Assembly: GCA_963663235.2 (NCBI GenBank)
Contig: CAXXNO010000008.1
Location: 160,001-224,000 of the forward strand
Direction of reading: 5' to 3'
DNA: 64,000 bases
Source of the DNA: Dehalococcoidia bacterium
GTDB taxonomy: Bacteria; Chloroflexota; Dehalococcoidia; Bin125
A program made the translations under genes and the position numbers. Positions 63,970-64,000 of this stretch are shown here, one piece after another. The notes below the pieces were generated by a model, which was not told the DNA's origin, did not search any database, and saw only the letters and a list, made by a program, of their open reading frames with translations. How positions within the stretch are numbered: the stretch's first letter is position 1; each line of letters opens with the position of its first letter.

Positions 63970-64000
63970 ACGGCTTCGTGGCCATCAATTCCGCTGGGAG

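Overview
GC-rich bacterial DNA. The gene repertoire (many LLM-class oxidoreductases, class III CoA-transferases, acidic 'CGDDDE' lipoproteins) suggests Chloroflexota/Dehalococcoidia, which is an inference. Positions 1-6.3 kb look like ordinary chromosome. At tRNA-Lys(TTT) (6355-6430) a ~30.7 kb island begins, closed by the tRNA-Lys 3' half at 37102-37146. A second, homologous and intact integrase follows immediately, giving a tandem island arrangement. Accessory DNA continues to ~54 kb, followed by an AddAB/AdnAB-like helicase-nuclease pair, an IS6 and an LLM gene. The accessory DNA is a mosaic of catabolic and transport genes, gene fragments and IS elements (IS3, IS6, and many copies of a TGT...ACA rve-domain element). 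Four observations stand out. (1) Dead mobile elements and pseudogenes carry a strongly directional A:T->C:G transversion signature; by hand count ~39 of ~47 amino-acid differences between two IS3 orfB copies are of this type. (2) The two full-length tyrosine-integrase genes are bracketed by att-like pieces of two different tRNAs (Lys upstream, Gly(CCC) right after the stop codon), and a third, 5'-truncated copy keeps the Gly core. (3) The rve element stacks its own ends, leaves no matching target duplications and appears to have moved a 7.1 kb ABC-transporter unit. (4) The two copies of that unit differ in coding DNA only by the synonymous changes I could find. All calls come from reading the sequence and ORF track; no database searches were run.
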